From: Candidatus Omnitrophota bacterium
Lineage (GTDB): Bacteria > Omnitrophota > Gorgyraeia > Gygaellales > Profunditerraquicolaceae
NCBI GenBank assembly: GCA_041650835.1
Contig: JBAZKL010000001.1
Coordinates: forward strand, 299,931-363,930
Direction: 5' to 3'
DNA: 64,000 nucleotides
Shown here: positions 1-9,883 of the stretch, one piece after another
Layout of the letters: every line of letters starts with the position of its first letter
How positions within the stretch are numbered: position 1 is the first letter of the stretch
Translations under genes and position numbers: made by a program
Notes under the pieces: model-generated
What the model was told of the DNA's origin: nothing
The model's input: the letters and a program-made list of their open reading frames with translations, nothing else
Databases searched by the model: none

Positions 1-80
1 TACTCGCCTTTAATCTTGAGGCTAACAGCTGGCGCATAAAGCCATGATCTTCCACTATTAAAATCTTTTCAGCAGCCATA
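1..80 (-). CDS. Response regulator receiver domain protein, 5' part only (gene continues beyond window start)
   Basis: Minus-strand ATG at 80..78 translates MAAEKILIVEDHGFMRQLLASRLKAS, a canonical REC-domain N-terminus (acidic pocket VEDH). It lies 23 nt downstream of the preceding receiver gene. Confidence 0.5.
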
Positions 81-103
81 TTTTTATAAAAAGACAAAAC
101 CGC

Positions 104-481
104 TTACCCGATGATCTTTTTTATCTCCTGCAAAAGTTCTTTTGAATCAAACGGTTTTAAGATATACGCTTGAATATCTTCTTTTTCAATTAACTCCCTT
201 ATGCGAGGCTCGCCCCTGGCAGTAAGCATAATAACGGGGATCACCGGGATATTTTCCCCGAGCATTCTCATCTCTTTTAACGTTATTAAAATGTTGTAAC
301 CGTCCAGTTTAGGCAACATAACATCTAAAATGAGCAGGTCCGGCTTCTCGGAAACGATCTTTTTCAAACATTCTTCTCCGTCGACAGCAGTAGCCACGGA
401 ATAGCCGTTAGCCTGTAATCGCGTCTTTACTAAAAGAAGTATATGCGGATCATCGTCAACTGCCAGAATTTTCTTCTGCAT
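104..481 (-). CDS. Single-domain CheY-like response regulator (REC)
   Basis: 125 aa. ILAVDDD, LLILDVMLPKLDG and MLTA...KPF motifs are typical of receiver domains. No output domain. Confidence 0.85.
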   Translation of the reverse strand: MQKKILAVDDDPHILLLVKTRLQANGYSVATAVDGEECLKKIVSEKPDLLILDVMLPKLDGYNILITLKEMRMLGENIPVIPVIMLTARGEPRIRELIEKEDIQAYILKPFDSKELLQEIKKIIG

Positions 482-505
482 TCAGTTGTCTCCTTGTGCC
501 TATAG

Positions 506-2089
506 TTATTGAACCGGCAAGCCGGGAATTTGCGCGGGTAAAACAAAGCTGAACTGACTCCCCTCATTTAACTTGCTTTCCACCCAGATCTTCCCTCCAT
601 GCAATTCAACGATCCCCTTACTGATAGCCAAACCTAAACCGGTGCCTTTCTCCCCAGCGTCGTCCGTGCGGCAAAATTGCTGAAATTTGCTGAATGTTTT
701 CGGCACATCCGCCTCAGAAATACCCCTGCCGGTATCGCGCACAGAACACAGGATAACATCCGCTTTTTCTATAACCGATATCCCGATAAACCCGCGCTCG
801 GTAAATTTAAGGGAATTGCCTACCAGATTAGTAAATACCTGGATAAGCTTATCCCGGTCGGCATAAACCTGGATATTTTCTTTAGAAAAGTCAGTCCTTA
901 TCTCCAGTCCTTTTGCCGCCGCGCGCGAGATAAAAGACGCGTGCACCCCTTTTACTAACCCGACGATATCCAGGACTTCTTTATGCATTTCGGTCTTTTT
1001 TGCCTCAAGCCTGGAAATATCCAAAAGGTCGTTGATCAACCTGGTCAGACGATCAACGTCTTCCAGGCAGAAGGACAAAAATTCGGTTTGCTGCTCGGTA
1101 ACCGCACCCAGTATGCCGTCTAAGACCTGCGAAACCGACTCTCTAATAGTTGTCAGGGGAGTACGTAATTCATGCGAAACAGTAGAAATAAATTCCGATT
1201 TCAAGCGGTCTATCTCTTTATCTTTAGTGATGTCCCGCAAGAGGACCACTATCCCTAAGCGCTTATTCTGAGCGTCAATCGCGGGCGCTGCATCCAGGCG
1301 CACCACCATCTCAATAGATTTACCAAGATTAATTTCCCTGCTCACCAAACGATTTTCAGCAATGACCTGTTCCGACAAAGAGAGAAAAACAGGAGCGAGT
1401 GAAACTCCGAGGATATTGCCGGAATGGTCCTCTTCAACCCCCAGCATCTTTCTGGCGACCGGATTGATCAAAACGATCTGATTAGACTCATCGAGCATAA
1501 CTAAGCCTTCAGCCATTCCGCAAAAAGCGGTCTGCATCTTAATTCTTTCTATTTCAATGATGCGGGATTGCCTTACTACCTCCTCCCGCGCCTTGAGGCT
1601 GTCAATAGCTAAAGCTACCTGCTCGGCAAATATCTTAAACATATTTACCCGGTACACCAGAAATGTGTCCGGTTTTCTGCTGCTAATAGCGAATAAACCC
1701 AGGTTCTTGCCTCTGACGATGAGATTTGTATGATAAAAGGCCTCGACCGCATCCTCTTGACTGCCCATCCGCAGAGGGGCATCGGCATGAGAACAAATAA
1801 CAACCTCGATATCTTTCTCTGAGAACTTCCGGTCCATTGAAGCGCCTATAGCCTCAATTGTTTTAAGCTTAAACTCCTGAATATAACCATCCGAGAGAGG
1901 CTGGTTGAGCCTCAAATATAATTTAGCCCCTGATGGCTCAGGGATCACGATAGCCGCGCAGTCATGCTCAAGGACGATCGGGGTATTTTCAAGGACCCAG
2001 GTGACAAAAGGCCGGCAACTGGTAAGGGACAAAGCCTGATTCCCGACTTCCTTGACTATATCCGTGATCAAACTCTTATCATTACTCAT
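506..2089 (-). CDS. Soluble sensor histidine kinase (GAF/PAS - HisKA - HATPase_c)
   Basis: H-box SHELRTPLTTI, N-box/G-box NLVGNSLKFT ... GTGLGLAISKGIVELHGGKIWVES. N-terminal about 300 aa sensor region without TM segments. Confidence 0.85.
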   Translation of the reverse strand: MSNDKSLITDIVKEVGNQALSLTSCRPFVTWVLENTPIVLEHDCAAIVIPEPSGAKLYLRLNQPLSDGYIQEFKLKTIEAIGASMDRKFSEKDIEVVICSHADAPLRMGSQEDAVEAFYHTNLIVRGKNLGLFAISSRKPDTFLVYRVNMFKIFAEQVALAIDSLKAREEVVRQSRIIEIERIKMQTAFCGMAEGLVMLDESNQIVLINPVARKMLGVEEDHSGNILGVSLAPVFLSLSEQVIAENRLVSREINLGKSIEMVVRLDAAPAIDAQNKRLGIVVLLRDITKDKEIDRLKSEFISTVSHELRTPLTTIRESVSQVLDGILGAVTEQQTEFLSFCLEDVDRLTRLINDLLDISRLEAKKTEMHKEVLDIVGLVKGVHASFISRAAAKGLEIRTDFSKENIQVYADRDKLIQVFTNLVGNSLKFTERGFIGISVIEKADVILCSVRDTGRGISEADVPKTFSKFQQFCRTDDAGEKGTGLGLAISKGIVELHGGKIWVESKLNEGSQFSFVLPAQIPGLPVQ

Positions 2090-2095
2090 CTCTTA

Positions 2096-2215
2096 TTCCT
2101 TTAGCTTTATTAACCCCGTGGATCCCCCGCGGTCTAAAGACCGCGGCTCCCTCCTCAAGCAGAAATCTCAAAAAGAACATTCATCCCACGGGCTAAAGCC
2201 CGGGGATTTCTGTCG
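2096..2215 (-). terminator. Two adjacent GC-rich hairpins (ccgcggtct-aa-agaccgcgg; cacgggct-aa-agcccggg) between cheC-like gene and kinase gene; possible terminator/attenuator
   Basis: Perfect 9-bp palindrome at about 2126-2145 and a second imperfect palindrome at about 2178-2198. On the minus strand the second is followed by TTCTTTTT. Confidence 0.3.
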
Positions 2216-2220
2216 AAGGA

Positions 2221-2859
2221 TTAGACATTAGGCATGACCGCCTGAGCTAAATTTCGCAAAGAAGCCCCTAACAGCATGAATAAAACAGATCCATTAAGCT
2301 TCTCCGCGCCGTGACAGGCGAAGAAATCAGACCTGAAACAAATAGGCTCATCTTCTTTATCTGAACAATGGCTATTGACCACCTTGAGGATGTTTTCCGA
2401 ACCGGAATATTCAAAAGAAGGCGGATCCATATGAAATACGGTATTCACTATTTCCCCTAATGATTTTAAATGTGAACCCGACATTACCGTCGCGACCTCT
2501 TTAATAGCGGAAATATCCATTTCAGACAAAACTTCAGAAGTAACCCCCTTGCCAAGAAGCAGCCCGGTAAAAAAAACAATGCTTTTTCCGTCAATCACTA
2601 TAAATATTTTCCCGGGGATGTTCCCTGATATTTCCAGGAATACTACCGTGTTACGGGGGGCTTCCCGGGATGTAAGTTGAGGGACATGTTCAGAGTTAAA
2701 CCCCACGATGACCGCAGGTGACATTGTCACGGTCTTATTAATGAATTGAGAGAGGGCGGTAACAGCGCTGGCAGCTCCGATATGAGTTACTTCCTTAAGC
2801 GCGTCGAGCTGTACATCAGTCAAATCCTTAAAAATAGTCCCCATACTCCCCCCGATCAT
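2221..2859 (-). CDS. CheC/CheX-like chemotaxis phosphatase family protein
   Basis: LTDVQLDALKEVTHIGAASAVTALSQF matches the CheC signature (D/E-x3-N/E...IGN(I)GAG...TALS). A second pseudo-repeat AIKEVATVMSGSHLKSLGEI follows. 212 aa. Confidence 0.6.
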   Translation of the reverse strand: MIGGSMGTIFKDLTDVQLDALKEVTHIGAASAVTALSQFINKTVTMSPAVIVGFNSEHVPQLTSREAPRNTVVFLEISGNIPGKIFIVIDGKSIVFFTGLLLGKGVTSEVLSEMDISAIKEVATVMSGSHLKSLGEIVNTVFHMDPPSFEYSGSENILKVVNSHCSDKEDEPICFRSDFFACHGAEKLNGSVLFMLLGASLRNLAQAVMPNV

Positions 2860-2938
2860 CTGCCGGCAGAATTGAACAATGCTAAACCATGAAATAAACG
2901 TATATTAACAATTAAATTATATCACAATTCTTACGCTT

Positions 2939-4915
2939 CTAAAATTGTTTTACATAAACAAGCACTGCCTCCGCTTCTTTATCCCCCGGCGGGAAAGAAA
3001 TAAACTTAAAATAAACAAACGGATGGCTCGCGTCTACAAGCTGGCTGCCGCGCATACGGACTGTTTTTGACCTGTGCCCTCCTGATCCATCTGTCCATTC
3101 AAGGCTCAAGCGCCAGGGCAATTGCGGCGTAAGAAGTATGGCTTTATCCTTCGGGACCGGCACGGATAAACTATAGGTTTTTTCCTTCCGAGGGATGACG
3201 CCTTCCCTGAATTTGACAGTACGCGGCAGGAGCCGCAAAACATTTGGCGAGTCCCCCTTATCCGGCAAGAGATAAACCGCATGCTCCGCGTCATGATAAA
3301 CAATAGTATTGCCTAAAGCCGCCGCGTAATCACCTTTCTCCGGATGAGACAGCTGATGCTCGTGAACTACGGCGTATTTGACTTTGTATGCCTCTAAATA
3401 GCGTTGAAAACGAGTGAGAGGCCCCGCGGCGACAGATTGCTTTAATTGAACGTAAGAAACAGGATAAAAGCTTACATACCCGTTAATGATCGGATTATCG
3501 TGCCTGAGCATCCGGTACATTGCCCAGGCTTCAAGCTCCATATTCGGAGCTGATAATTTACGAGATATCGGCAACTCGACCAAGGGGCTGCCTCCTCCAT
3601 ATTGGCGCAGCCAGTCGATGACCCCCTGATGCCGGTCCATTTCACGCCCGGGAAAGATCAAAAGAACAGGCATTGCCCACAGCTCAGCGAATAAGAGGAC
3701 AAAAAAAGCGGCCGTAATAAATGTTTTCCTGGCCGCGCTTTTTATACGGCCCCTGATAAATGCCAAAGCTAACGCGGAAATTAAAGAGATCCCGAAAGCG
3801 ATAAAGAGGTTCGCCCGCGCGGGAACACGCACATATTCCATGCCCGGGATGACGGAAAAAAATAAAGTATACAAGCTAAGATCTTTTCCATTGATAGGCA
3901 CCTTCAACGAAGGGCCGAATCCCAGGAATAATCCCGCGATGATCACGGCAACCAGCCCCTTGATCATTTTCTTCTGATAATTACTTAAAGGTTGATGTTT
4001 AAATATACCCAGGAAGACAGATAAAATAATCACCGCTAAAGCCACAACGCCGATATCGCGGGAATACACCCCCCTCCATCCTAAGATACGCGTAAATAAC
4101 CAATGGCCTTTTGCCGGAAGAAATAAATTATTCAGCGATAAGACCGCCATAACATCGTTTAAACCGCGCTCGAAACCCATTGCCTGCGTATAATATAATT
4201 GCCGCAGGCTATAGGGTAAAACTAATACCGTAAATAAGATTATAGCGGCAACACAATGGGATATTTTTAAGGAGCGTAATTTCTTAAGAGAGAAGAATCC
4301 AGACAAGGCAAACGGCAATAATACAGAAACAAATAACGCAAGTTGTTTACAGGTTAACCAGGTCAATACATAGCAGGCGCAAGCCAGCCAGAAATAACGG
4401 TAATCTTTCTCTTTAATGAATAAAAAACTACAAAGGATGCATCCTGTCGGGAATGCCGCGGCAAGCACCGGCAGGACGCAAAGCTTTTGAATGGCAAATG
4501 CGCCCGCGGTAAGTGAAATACCAGCCCAAAATGCCGCTATGCGGTCCTGAGTTAACAACAGGCTGGCGGCATACCCAACCAGGCCAAAACCTACCATGTA
4601 CAGTATAATTAAGAGGTTATAGGCGAAAATATAGCCGGTCAGCTTTGCCACCAGCCAGATAAACAGGCAGGAAAACGGCTGGGTCTCTCCCCAGGCAAAA
4701 GCCCCCGGGAAAGGGTAATAAAAAGGGGCATTCCAATAAGAAGCCCCTTTATCTAAAACCTTGCCTGTCCATTCGGCGCAAAAAAGTTGTGTCATCGCGA
4801 CTGCCGGAGGCAGACTGCCTTGAGGGATCGCTTCCCCGAAATGCAGGATAAGCGGCCAGGTGAAGGTCAACGCCGCTACGCTCAATAAGGAAGAAATAAT
4901 TAAAATTTCTTGCAT
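2939..4915 (-). CDS. Polytopic integral membrane protein with C-terminal extracytoplasmic domain (possible YfhO/glycosyltransferase-like); function unknown
   Basis: 658 aa with at least 12 hydrophobic helices in the first about 430 aa, then a soluble about 220 aa tail. No catalytic motif recognised by eye. Confidence 0.45.
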   Translation of the reverse strand: MQEILIISSLLSVAALTFTWPLILHFGEAIPQGSLPPAVAMTQLFCAEWTGKVLDKGASYWNAPFYYPFPGAFAWGETQPFSCLFIWLVAKLTGYIFAYNLLIILYMVGFGLVGYAASLLLTQDRIAAFWAGISLTAGAFAIQKLCVLPVLAAAFPTGCILCSFLFIKEKDYRYFWLACACYVLTWLTCKQLALFVSVLLPFALSGFFSLKKLRSLKISHCVAAIILFTVLVLPYSLRQLYYTQAMGFERGLNDVMAVLSLNNLFLPAKGHWLFTRILGWRGVYSRDIGVVALAVIILSVFLGIFKHQPLSNYQKKMIKGLVAVIIAGLFLGFGPSLKVPINGKDLSLYTLFFSVIPGMEYVRVPARANLFIAFGISLISALALAFIRGRIKSAARKTFITAAFFVLLFAELWAMPVLLIFPGREMDRHQGVIDWLRQYGGGSPLVELPISRKLSAPNMELEAWAMYRMLRHDNPIINGYVSFYPVSYVQLKQSVAAGPLTRFQRYLEAYKVKYAVVHEHQLSHPEKGDYAAALGNTIVYHDAEHAVYLLPDKGDSPNVLRLLPRTVKFREGVIPRKEKTYSLSVPVPKDKAILLTPQLPWRLSLEWTDGSGGHRSKTVRMRGSQLVDASHPFVYFKFISFPPGDKEAEAVLVYVKQF

Positions 4916-4972
4916 TTACCCTGAATTAAGTTAGAATAAAAAAAAATGGCTGTTTATTAGGAAAACACTTAA

Positions 4973-5686
4973 ATGTTCATCTTTTTCCGGTTATTATTAG
5001 CGCATTTTCTGGGTGATTTTCCTTTCCAATTCAACATAATCTTCAAATTAAAGACAAGTGGTTTAAAGGGCATCGTCCCCCACGCGCTGATCATTTTTTT
5101 CTGCTCCCTGGCCCTTTCCTGGCCCTACCTGCACTTACCCCAGCTTTGGTTTTTCTTGCTCTTTCTGGCGGCAGCGCACCTGCTGCAAGATTCAATAAAA
5201 CTCCGTTATGGCGCGGCGAAACATTGCTTCTGGGCCTACATCCTGGATCAAATCTCTCATGTAGGAATAATTTCTCTCGTGTTCCTGACCGATCTTAAGC
5301 AGTTAACGCCTCCTGCGGCGGGGCATAACCTTATCATAAGGCTTTACTCCAATGACCAGCTCGTAATCTACCTTATAGCGCTTATCTTTGCCACGTATAA
5401 CGGTTATTTTCTGATCAGATGTTTTAAAGATAATTTTCTCGAAAGAGCAAGCTATAATGCTTTTGAGAAATGGTTTGGTATAGCGGAACGGGCTATAATA
5501 GTCTCTTTTTTCTTTATCCGAAGTTCTTTTTGCTTTTTACTGCCGGTAAGCCTGCTGCTCAGGCCGGCCATCTTTGCCCTCTGCAACAAGAAACTTAAGA
5601 TCCATAAAGATTTCATGACCTTACGGGAACTGATCTTAAGCTGGATCATCGCGGTGGTCTCGGGGTTGATCTTCTCTTTACTTTAA
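4973..5686 (+). CDS. DUF3307-like small membrane protein
   Basis: N-terminus LLLAHFLGDFPFQ resembles the DUF3307 signature, with several TM helices. Only plus-strand gene in the first 45 kb, so its reality is less certain. Confidence 0.4.
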   Translation: MFIFFRLLLAHFLGDFPFQFNIIFKLKTSGLKGIVPHALIIFFCSLALSWPYLHLPQLWFFLLFLAAAHLLQDSIKLRYGAAKHCFWAYILDQISHVGIISLVFLTDLKQLTPPAAGHNLIIRLYSNDQLVIYLIALIFATYNGYFLIRCFKDNFLERASYNAFEKWFGIAERAIIVSFFFIRSSFCFLLPVSLLLRPAIFALCNKKLKIHKDFMTLRELILSWIIAVVSGLIFSLL

Positions 5687-7918
5687 CCCGGTTACCCTGT
5701 ATATGGGGATCGGCATAGATTTACCCTTAACCGTAATAGGGGTCAATTTCTCCGCAATTATTTGTTCTCGGACCAAAGCATATGTGGCATCGCTGATAAT
5801 GATCTCATCCTTATCGGCAGCAGAGCATAACCTGGCCGCCAGATTAACATTATCTCCGATCACGGTATAATCCATACGTTCAGCTGAACCCATATTCCCC
5901 ACAACCATTTCTCCTGTATTTATACCTATGCCTATCTGGAGCGCCGCGGTTTTCTCGCGGAGCCACTTATCCTTAAGTTGATGCATCTTCGCCTGGATTT
6001 CGACCGCCGTACGCACGGCCACTATCGCGTGGTCATTGAGATGGCGGTTACCCGGAGCCCCGAAGAAAGCCATCAATTCATCTCCCACGAACTTATCCAG
6101 CGTGCCGTTATATTTAAAAACCACCTTGACCTGCTGCGTCAATATCTCATTAAGCATGGCAACTACTTCTTCCGGCTGATGCGATTCCGAAAAAGCGGTA
6201 AAACCCCGTATATCCGTAAAGAATACGGTGATCAGCCGCCTTTCTCCTCCAAGCTTTAAGCGCGAAGGATCTTCGATCAATTCACTGATAACTTCATTAG
6301 AAAGATAATGGCTAAAAGCCTGCTTTATCCAAAGCTTCTCTTTTTCTTCGGTAAAGAAACGAAAGCTCGTTATGGCGGAAAATCCGAACACGACAATGCC
6401 CAGCGGCCCCACCAGGTCTATCCAGAGGCCGAAGCGGACAAAAATAAAATAGGAAAAGAAGAAGTATCCGGCCGCGTAACCAAGCGACAATACAAGGCTT
6501 TGCCATAATTTCAGCAAAGAACTGAACCCGATGACTAAAGCGGTGAGTAGGAAAATAAACAGGCGCAAAGCGCCTTCGGCCCTGACAATGAATTTCTCCG
6601 TAAGAATAGTATCGATGAGGTTTGAATGTATGCCGGCCATAGGGTAGTTTTCCTGCAGCGGGATCGGCCGCAGGTCATGCGTGCCGGTCGCGGTCAACCC
6701 GACGATACAGATCTTCCCCTTTACCATCGCGGTGAGCTTCTCTAAAAGCTCCGCTTCGCTTTTCTTAAAATACTCAGCCGCCTCACCGTCAGGCTGAGCT
6801 TTCATCTGCTCTCTTACTTCCTGGAGCCGGAGGATCAAATAATAGGGGACATGTTTAAAAGAAACACCCCATCTGCCCTGCCAGTTCACGAGCATTGCCC
6901 CTTTTTGGTCTACGGGAATGATTATATCCTTAACGGTGCCGTTTAAGCCGGCGCGCTTAAGGATAACACGATCATGCCCGGTTTCTAATTCCTTTACTCC
7001 CAGGAAATCCATGAGCGCGGCGATAGTCAGTTGCGGAAGGATCTTATCCTCATATTTGACAAACAAAGGGATCTTCCTGGTGACCCCGTCAAGGTCGGCG
7101 TCGGCGTTAATAAAACCGCTCCCCCGCATGCTCCGGGTGTACGCCATAATAGGCACGTTTAACATCCTGTATTCTTGACGGAAAGGCCATTGTCCGGCCG
7201 GAAGATCGATACCGAACTGAGCGATAAAAGAACTCAGCAGTTGCTGGGCGGGAAAACGCTGCCTCAAGTAATTTTCATCTTCGGAGAATAAATACCACCC
7301 GTATTCCTCCTCCATGCGCTTTAAAAGGCCGTCAAAGGAGATACCGGGATCTTGACGAATCAACTTTCGCGTAACTTCTTCTAAGACCAGCTTCTTTGCC
7401 TGAGGCAATGTCTCCAGGAGAGGCTCTAAAAGTATATTAAGTTTTTTTGCCGCGTCCGCGGCAGAAAGCGTAATATCCTGTAAAAGCAGGGATTTCAGCT
7501 CATCCGGAACAGCAGCTTGGTTTTCAATGAAATAAAAAGGCAGGTACGTTATACCGCCGCGCGCCATGGAATCGGCGAAAAGCGCGTCATCCTGAGGATT
7601 TTCCTTGAGCTCTTCAGTGAAAATAATATCCATCAGGACCTGCTTTGCCCGGCATTCCTTGAGGATATCGGTAAGTTTAGCGTGGTAATTTCTCGGCCAG
7701 GGCCACCTGCCGACGCCAGCGAGGCTCTGGTCGTCTATATCGATGTGCAGGATCGGCGATCGTGAAGGACGGCTTTCCTTTAAGGCAAACCGCAGATCTA
7801 ATGCTTTTAATTCAAGTATCTGGTAAAACTTTGATCTAAGGGAAAGAGAAATTAACCCTGCCAGGACAATAGAAATACTCAGGCTGACAAATAGTTTAAC
7901 TCGGGTCTTTTTATTCAC
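5678..7918 (-). CDS. CHASE2 sensor domain - class III adenylate/guanylate cyclase
   Basis: N-terminal TM, then about 350 aa periplasmic CHASE2-like region, then 3 TM, then cyclase core (ITVFFTDIRGFTAFSE ... GDELMAFFGAP ... GINTGEMVVGNMGS..RMDYTVIGDNVNLAARL). Confidence 0.85.
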   Translation of the reverse strand: MNKKTRVKLFVSLSISIVLAGLISLSLRSKFYQILELKALDLRFALKESRPSRSPILHIDIDDQSLAGVGRWPWPRNYHAKLTDILKECRAKQVLMDIIFTEELKENPQDDALFADSMARGGITYLPFYFIENQAAVPDELKSLLLQDITLSAADAAKKLNILLEPLLETLPQAKKLVLEEVTRKLIRQDPGISFDGLLKRMEEEYGWYLFSEDENYLRQRFPAQQLLSSFIAQFGIDLPAGQWPFRQEYRMLNVPIMAYTRSMRGSGFINADADLDGVTRKIPLFVKYEDKILPQLTIAALMDFLGVKELETGHDRVILKRAGLNGTVKDIIIPVDQKGAMLVNWQGRWGVSFKHVPYYLILRLQEVREQMKAQPDGEAAEYFKKSEAELLEKLTAMVKGKICIVGLTATGTHDLRPIPLQENYPMAGIHSNLIDTILTEKFIVRAEGALRLFIFLLTALVIGFSSLLKLWQSLVLSLGYAAGYFFFSYFIFVRFGLWIDLVGPLGIVVFGFSAITSFRFFTEEKEKLWIKQAFSHYLSNEVISELIEDPSRLKLGGERRLITVFFTDIRGFTAFSESHQPEEVVAMLNEILTQQVKVVFKYNGTLDKFVGDELMAFFGAPGNRHLNDHAIVAVRTAVEIQAKMHQLKDKWLREKTAALQIGIGINTGEMVVGNMGSAERMDYTVIGDNVNLAARLCSAADKDEIIISDATYALVREQIIAEKLTPITVKGKSMPIPIYRVTGLK

Positions 7919-7930
7919 TAATCTCTTAAC

Positions 7931-8944
7931 TTAGAATCGGTAATACGTTGATATTGAAACCAACGACCCGGAATACTCTTCAACCGGCTCATTGGACTTG
8001 TTCTCCCGGTACGTATAGCTCAGGCCGAACGATATGGATTTATTAAAGCTGTAATATAACGCTGCCGTCGTTAAGAACGTTCTTTCATGCTCTCTGCATC
8101 CGGCGTCGTTTACCAGCGTGCGGCTGCGGTAATCGCGGAATTGCTTGGAAATTGACAGGTAACCGGTGAACTTATCGTTAAACAGATGCGTAAAAGAAGC
8201 GCCGATCTTGTGGGAATCATAATCATAATAATTCAGGAATTTTTCATTGGAGTTGTTGAAGAAATACTGGTAGCCGACTTTGAAAAAATCCTTGGTGAAA
8301 TATTTACCTACCTCATATTCAACCGTGTGGCGTATATCTTCCCTCTTTTTTTCGCTAAAGGTATCGACAGCGGTGCGGATAAGCCGGTCGGCATAATTCC
8401 TGAGCATGAAATTATGCCCCAGGCTCATGTACATTTTATGGGGCAGCTTATATTTAAGCTTCATTCCCACTTGATTATCCAGATAATCGTCATTCCCTGA
8501 ATTTATATATTCAATGCTGTCGAAATCATATTCCGCGGAGAAGCTAAGGTCCCGGGTGAGGTTATGGCTTATGCCGGTCTGGATGCCGTTACGCAGCAGA
8601 TCGAGGTCGCCTTCGCCCGCGTAAAGCAAATTCATTAATTCATAACCAAGGAACGCTTCTGTTTTCTTGGAGACTGAAGTAGTGAACGTGCCCCTGAAAA
8701 AAGTCTGAAAATAAGCATCGCCGTCCCGGGCGCTGTCAAGGTGGCTGTTATTATCGTAACCCTGGGTCGTAGCCAGAAGGAATTTAAATTTTCCGCGTTC
8801 GATGATCGAGCGCTCCGGCTCCAGATAGATCTTTTTATTCCGGGGGGTAACATCTTCCTCGGAAACATCAGCAGCGGCACAAAACAAAGGCGACACCAGC
8901 ACTGCCAAAGCAGACACAAAGAGTATTATTTTCTTCTTTTCCAT
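7931..8944 (-). CDS. Outer-membrane beta-barrel protein (signal peptide, C-terminal aromatic YYRF)
   Basis: Signal peptide MEKKKIILFVSALAVLVSPLFCAA. Alternating hydrophobic/aromatic beta-strand pattern throughout. Terminal Phe typical of BAM substrates. Confidence 0.55.
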   Translation of the reverse strand: MEKKKIILFVSALAVLVSPLFCAAADVSEEDVTPRNKKIYLEPERSIIERGKFKFLLATTQGYDNNSHLDSARDGDAYFQTFFRGTFTTSVSKKTEAFLGYELMNLLYAGEGDLDLLRNGIQTGISHNLTRDLSFSAEYDFDSIEYINSGNDDYLDNQVGMKLKYKLPHKMYMSLGHNFMLRNYADRLIRTAVDTFSEKKREDIRHTVEYEVGKYFTKDFFKVGYQYFFNNSNEKFLNYYDYDSHKIGASFTHLFNDKFTGYLSISKQFRDYRSRTLVNDAGCREHERTFLTTAALYYSFNKSISFGLSYTYRENKSNEPVEEYSGSLVSISTYYRF

Positions 8945-8966
8945 TCTTCCTCCTTAAAGATTTATT

Positions 8967-9812
8967 TTACCACCCATGGCTTTCTTCTTCCCCCGGAGTT
9001 CTTTCCTCGATCAACTTTTCCACATTGCTCTCTTCAACAAGGTCCTTGGCGTCAATAACTTCTTCTATGATCCCTCCCTGATCAAGAGACTGGTCGGTCT
9101 TCTGTTCAAGGTCGGTCTTTGGCGAACTTCCCTCACCTGGGCCTTTGCTCTCAGATTTTTCTTTCACTATGCCCGCGGCATTATCAAGAAGATCGTCCTT
9201 AAGGGTATCAAAACGCTCAAACTCCCTTAAACTCACCTGGACCAAAGCGCCGGGGGTCTCAAACCGTTCGATGATCGTCTTAAATCCTTCAGGAAGCATT
9301 GTTTCAGTGGTCTGCTGCTTGTTAGCGTCAAATGTTTTTATGAATACCGTGTCCTTATAAGCGGAAACCTCATCCGAGTCCCTTTCAGTATATACCCTGT
9401 AACTGGAACCCCTGACACCCGCGACTGCTGAAGGAGTATTCACTTCAAAGCTCAAGCCCGCTTTAATATTCTCTAAATTCGAATAAACCATTCCGCGGGA
9501 AAGGTCCAACCTGTCCAGGGTGCCCTCTGAAGCTGAATTGAGCACTACCTGCGTCTTTTGTTCAAGCCTGATGGTATTTTGCTTCTGTGCGTCAAGGGCT
9601 ATATCAACCCTTGAACGCCTGGCTGTCCTGATCGAATCTCCGATATCGACCTGCATGCCTTTTTCCGCTTTTCTCCAGGTGTCATCCGCGGCTGACTGCA
9701 CCTGCACGCTGCCCTCAAGATAAATTATCTCAGCTGCCCGCGAAAAAGAGACAGCGCCGCCAAGCGTAATACACGCGCTTAGAAAAAGAACAAAGAAATT
9801 ATTTTTTTTCAT
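8967..9812 (-). CDS. FecR-domain periplasmic protein
   Basis: Start reassigned to MKKNNFF (ORF-track start is 60 nt upstream with no RBS logic). Signal peptide, then IIYLEGSVQVQSAADDTWRKAEKGMQVDIGDSIRTARRSRVDIAL, typical of FecR/DUF4974 sensor domains. Confidence 0.6.
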   Translation of the reverse strand: MKKNNFFVLFLSACITLGGAVSFSRAAEIIYLEGSVQVQSAADDTWRKAEKGMQVDIGDSIRTARRSRVDIALDAQKQNTIRLEQKTQVVLNSASEGTLDRLDLSRGMVYSNLENIKAGLSFEVNTPSAVAGVRGSSYRVYTERDSDEVSAYKDTVFIKTFDANKQQTTETMLPEGFKTIIERFETPGALVQVSLREFERFDTLKDDLLDNAAGIVKEKSESKGPGEGSSPKTDLEQKTDQSLDQGGIIEEVIDAKDLVEESNVEKLIEERTPGEEESHGW

Positions 9813-9883
9813 AACTATCTCCCTTTTTTTACGCTTACGCCTTTTATATGTTCCATACGGACCCTCCGGCAATTAAACCGGCA

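Noticed and set aside
677-1271. Plus-strand ORFs of 93 and 79 aa inside the histidine kinase gene
   Set aside because: They overlap a strongly supported minus-strand CDS entirely, with no domain signal. Typical antisense ORFs of GC-biased codon usage.
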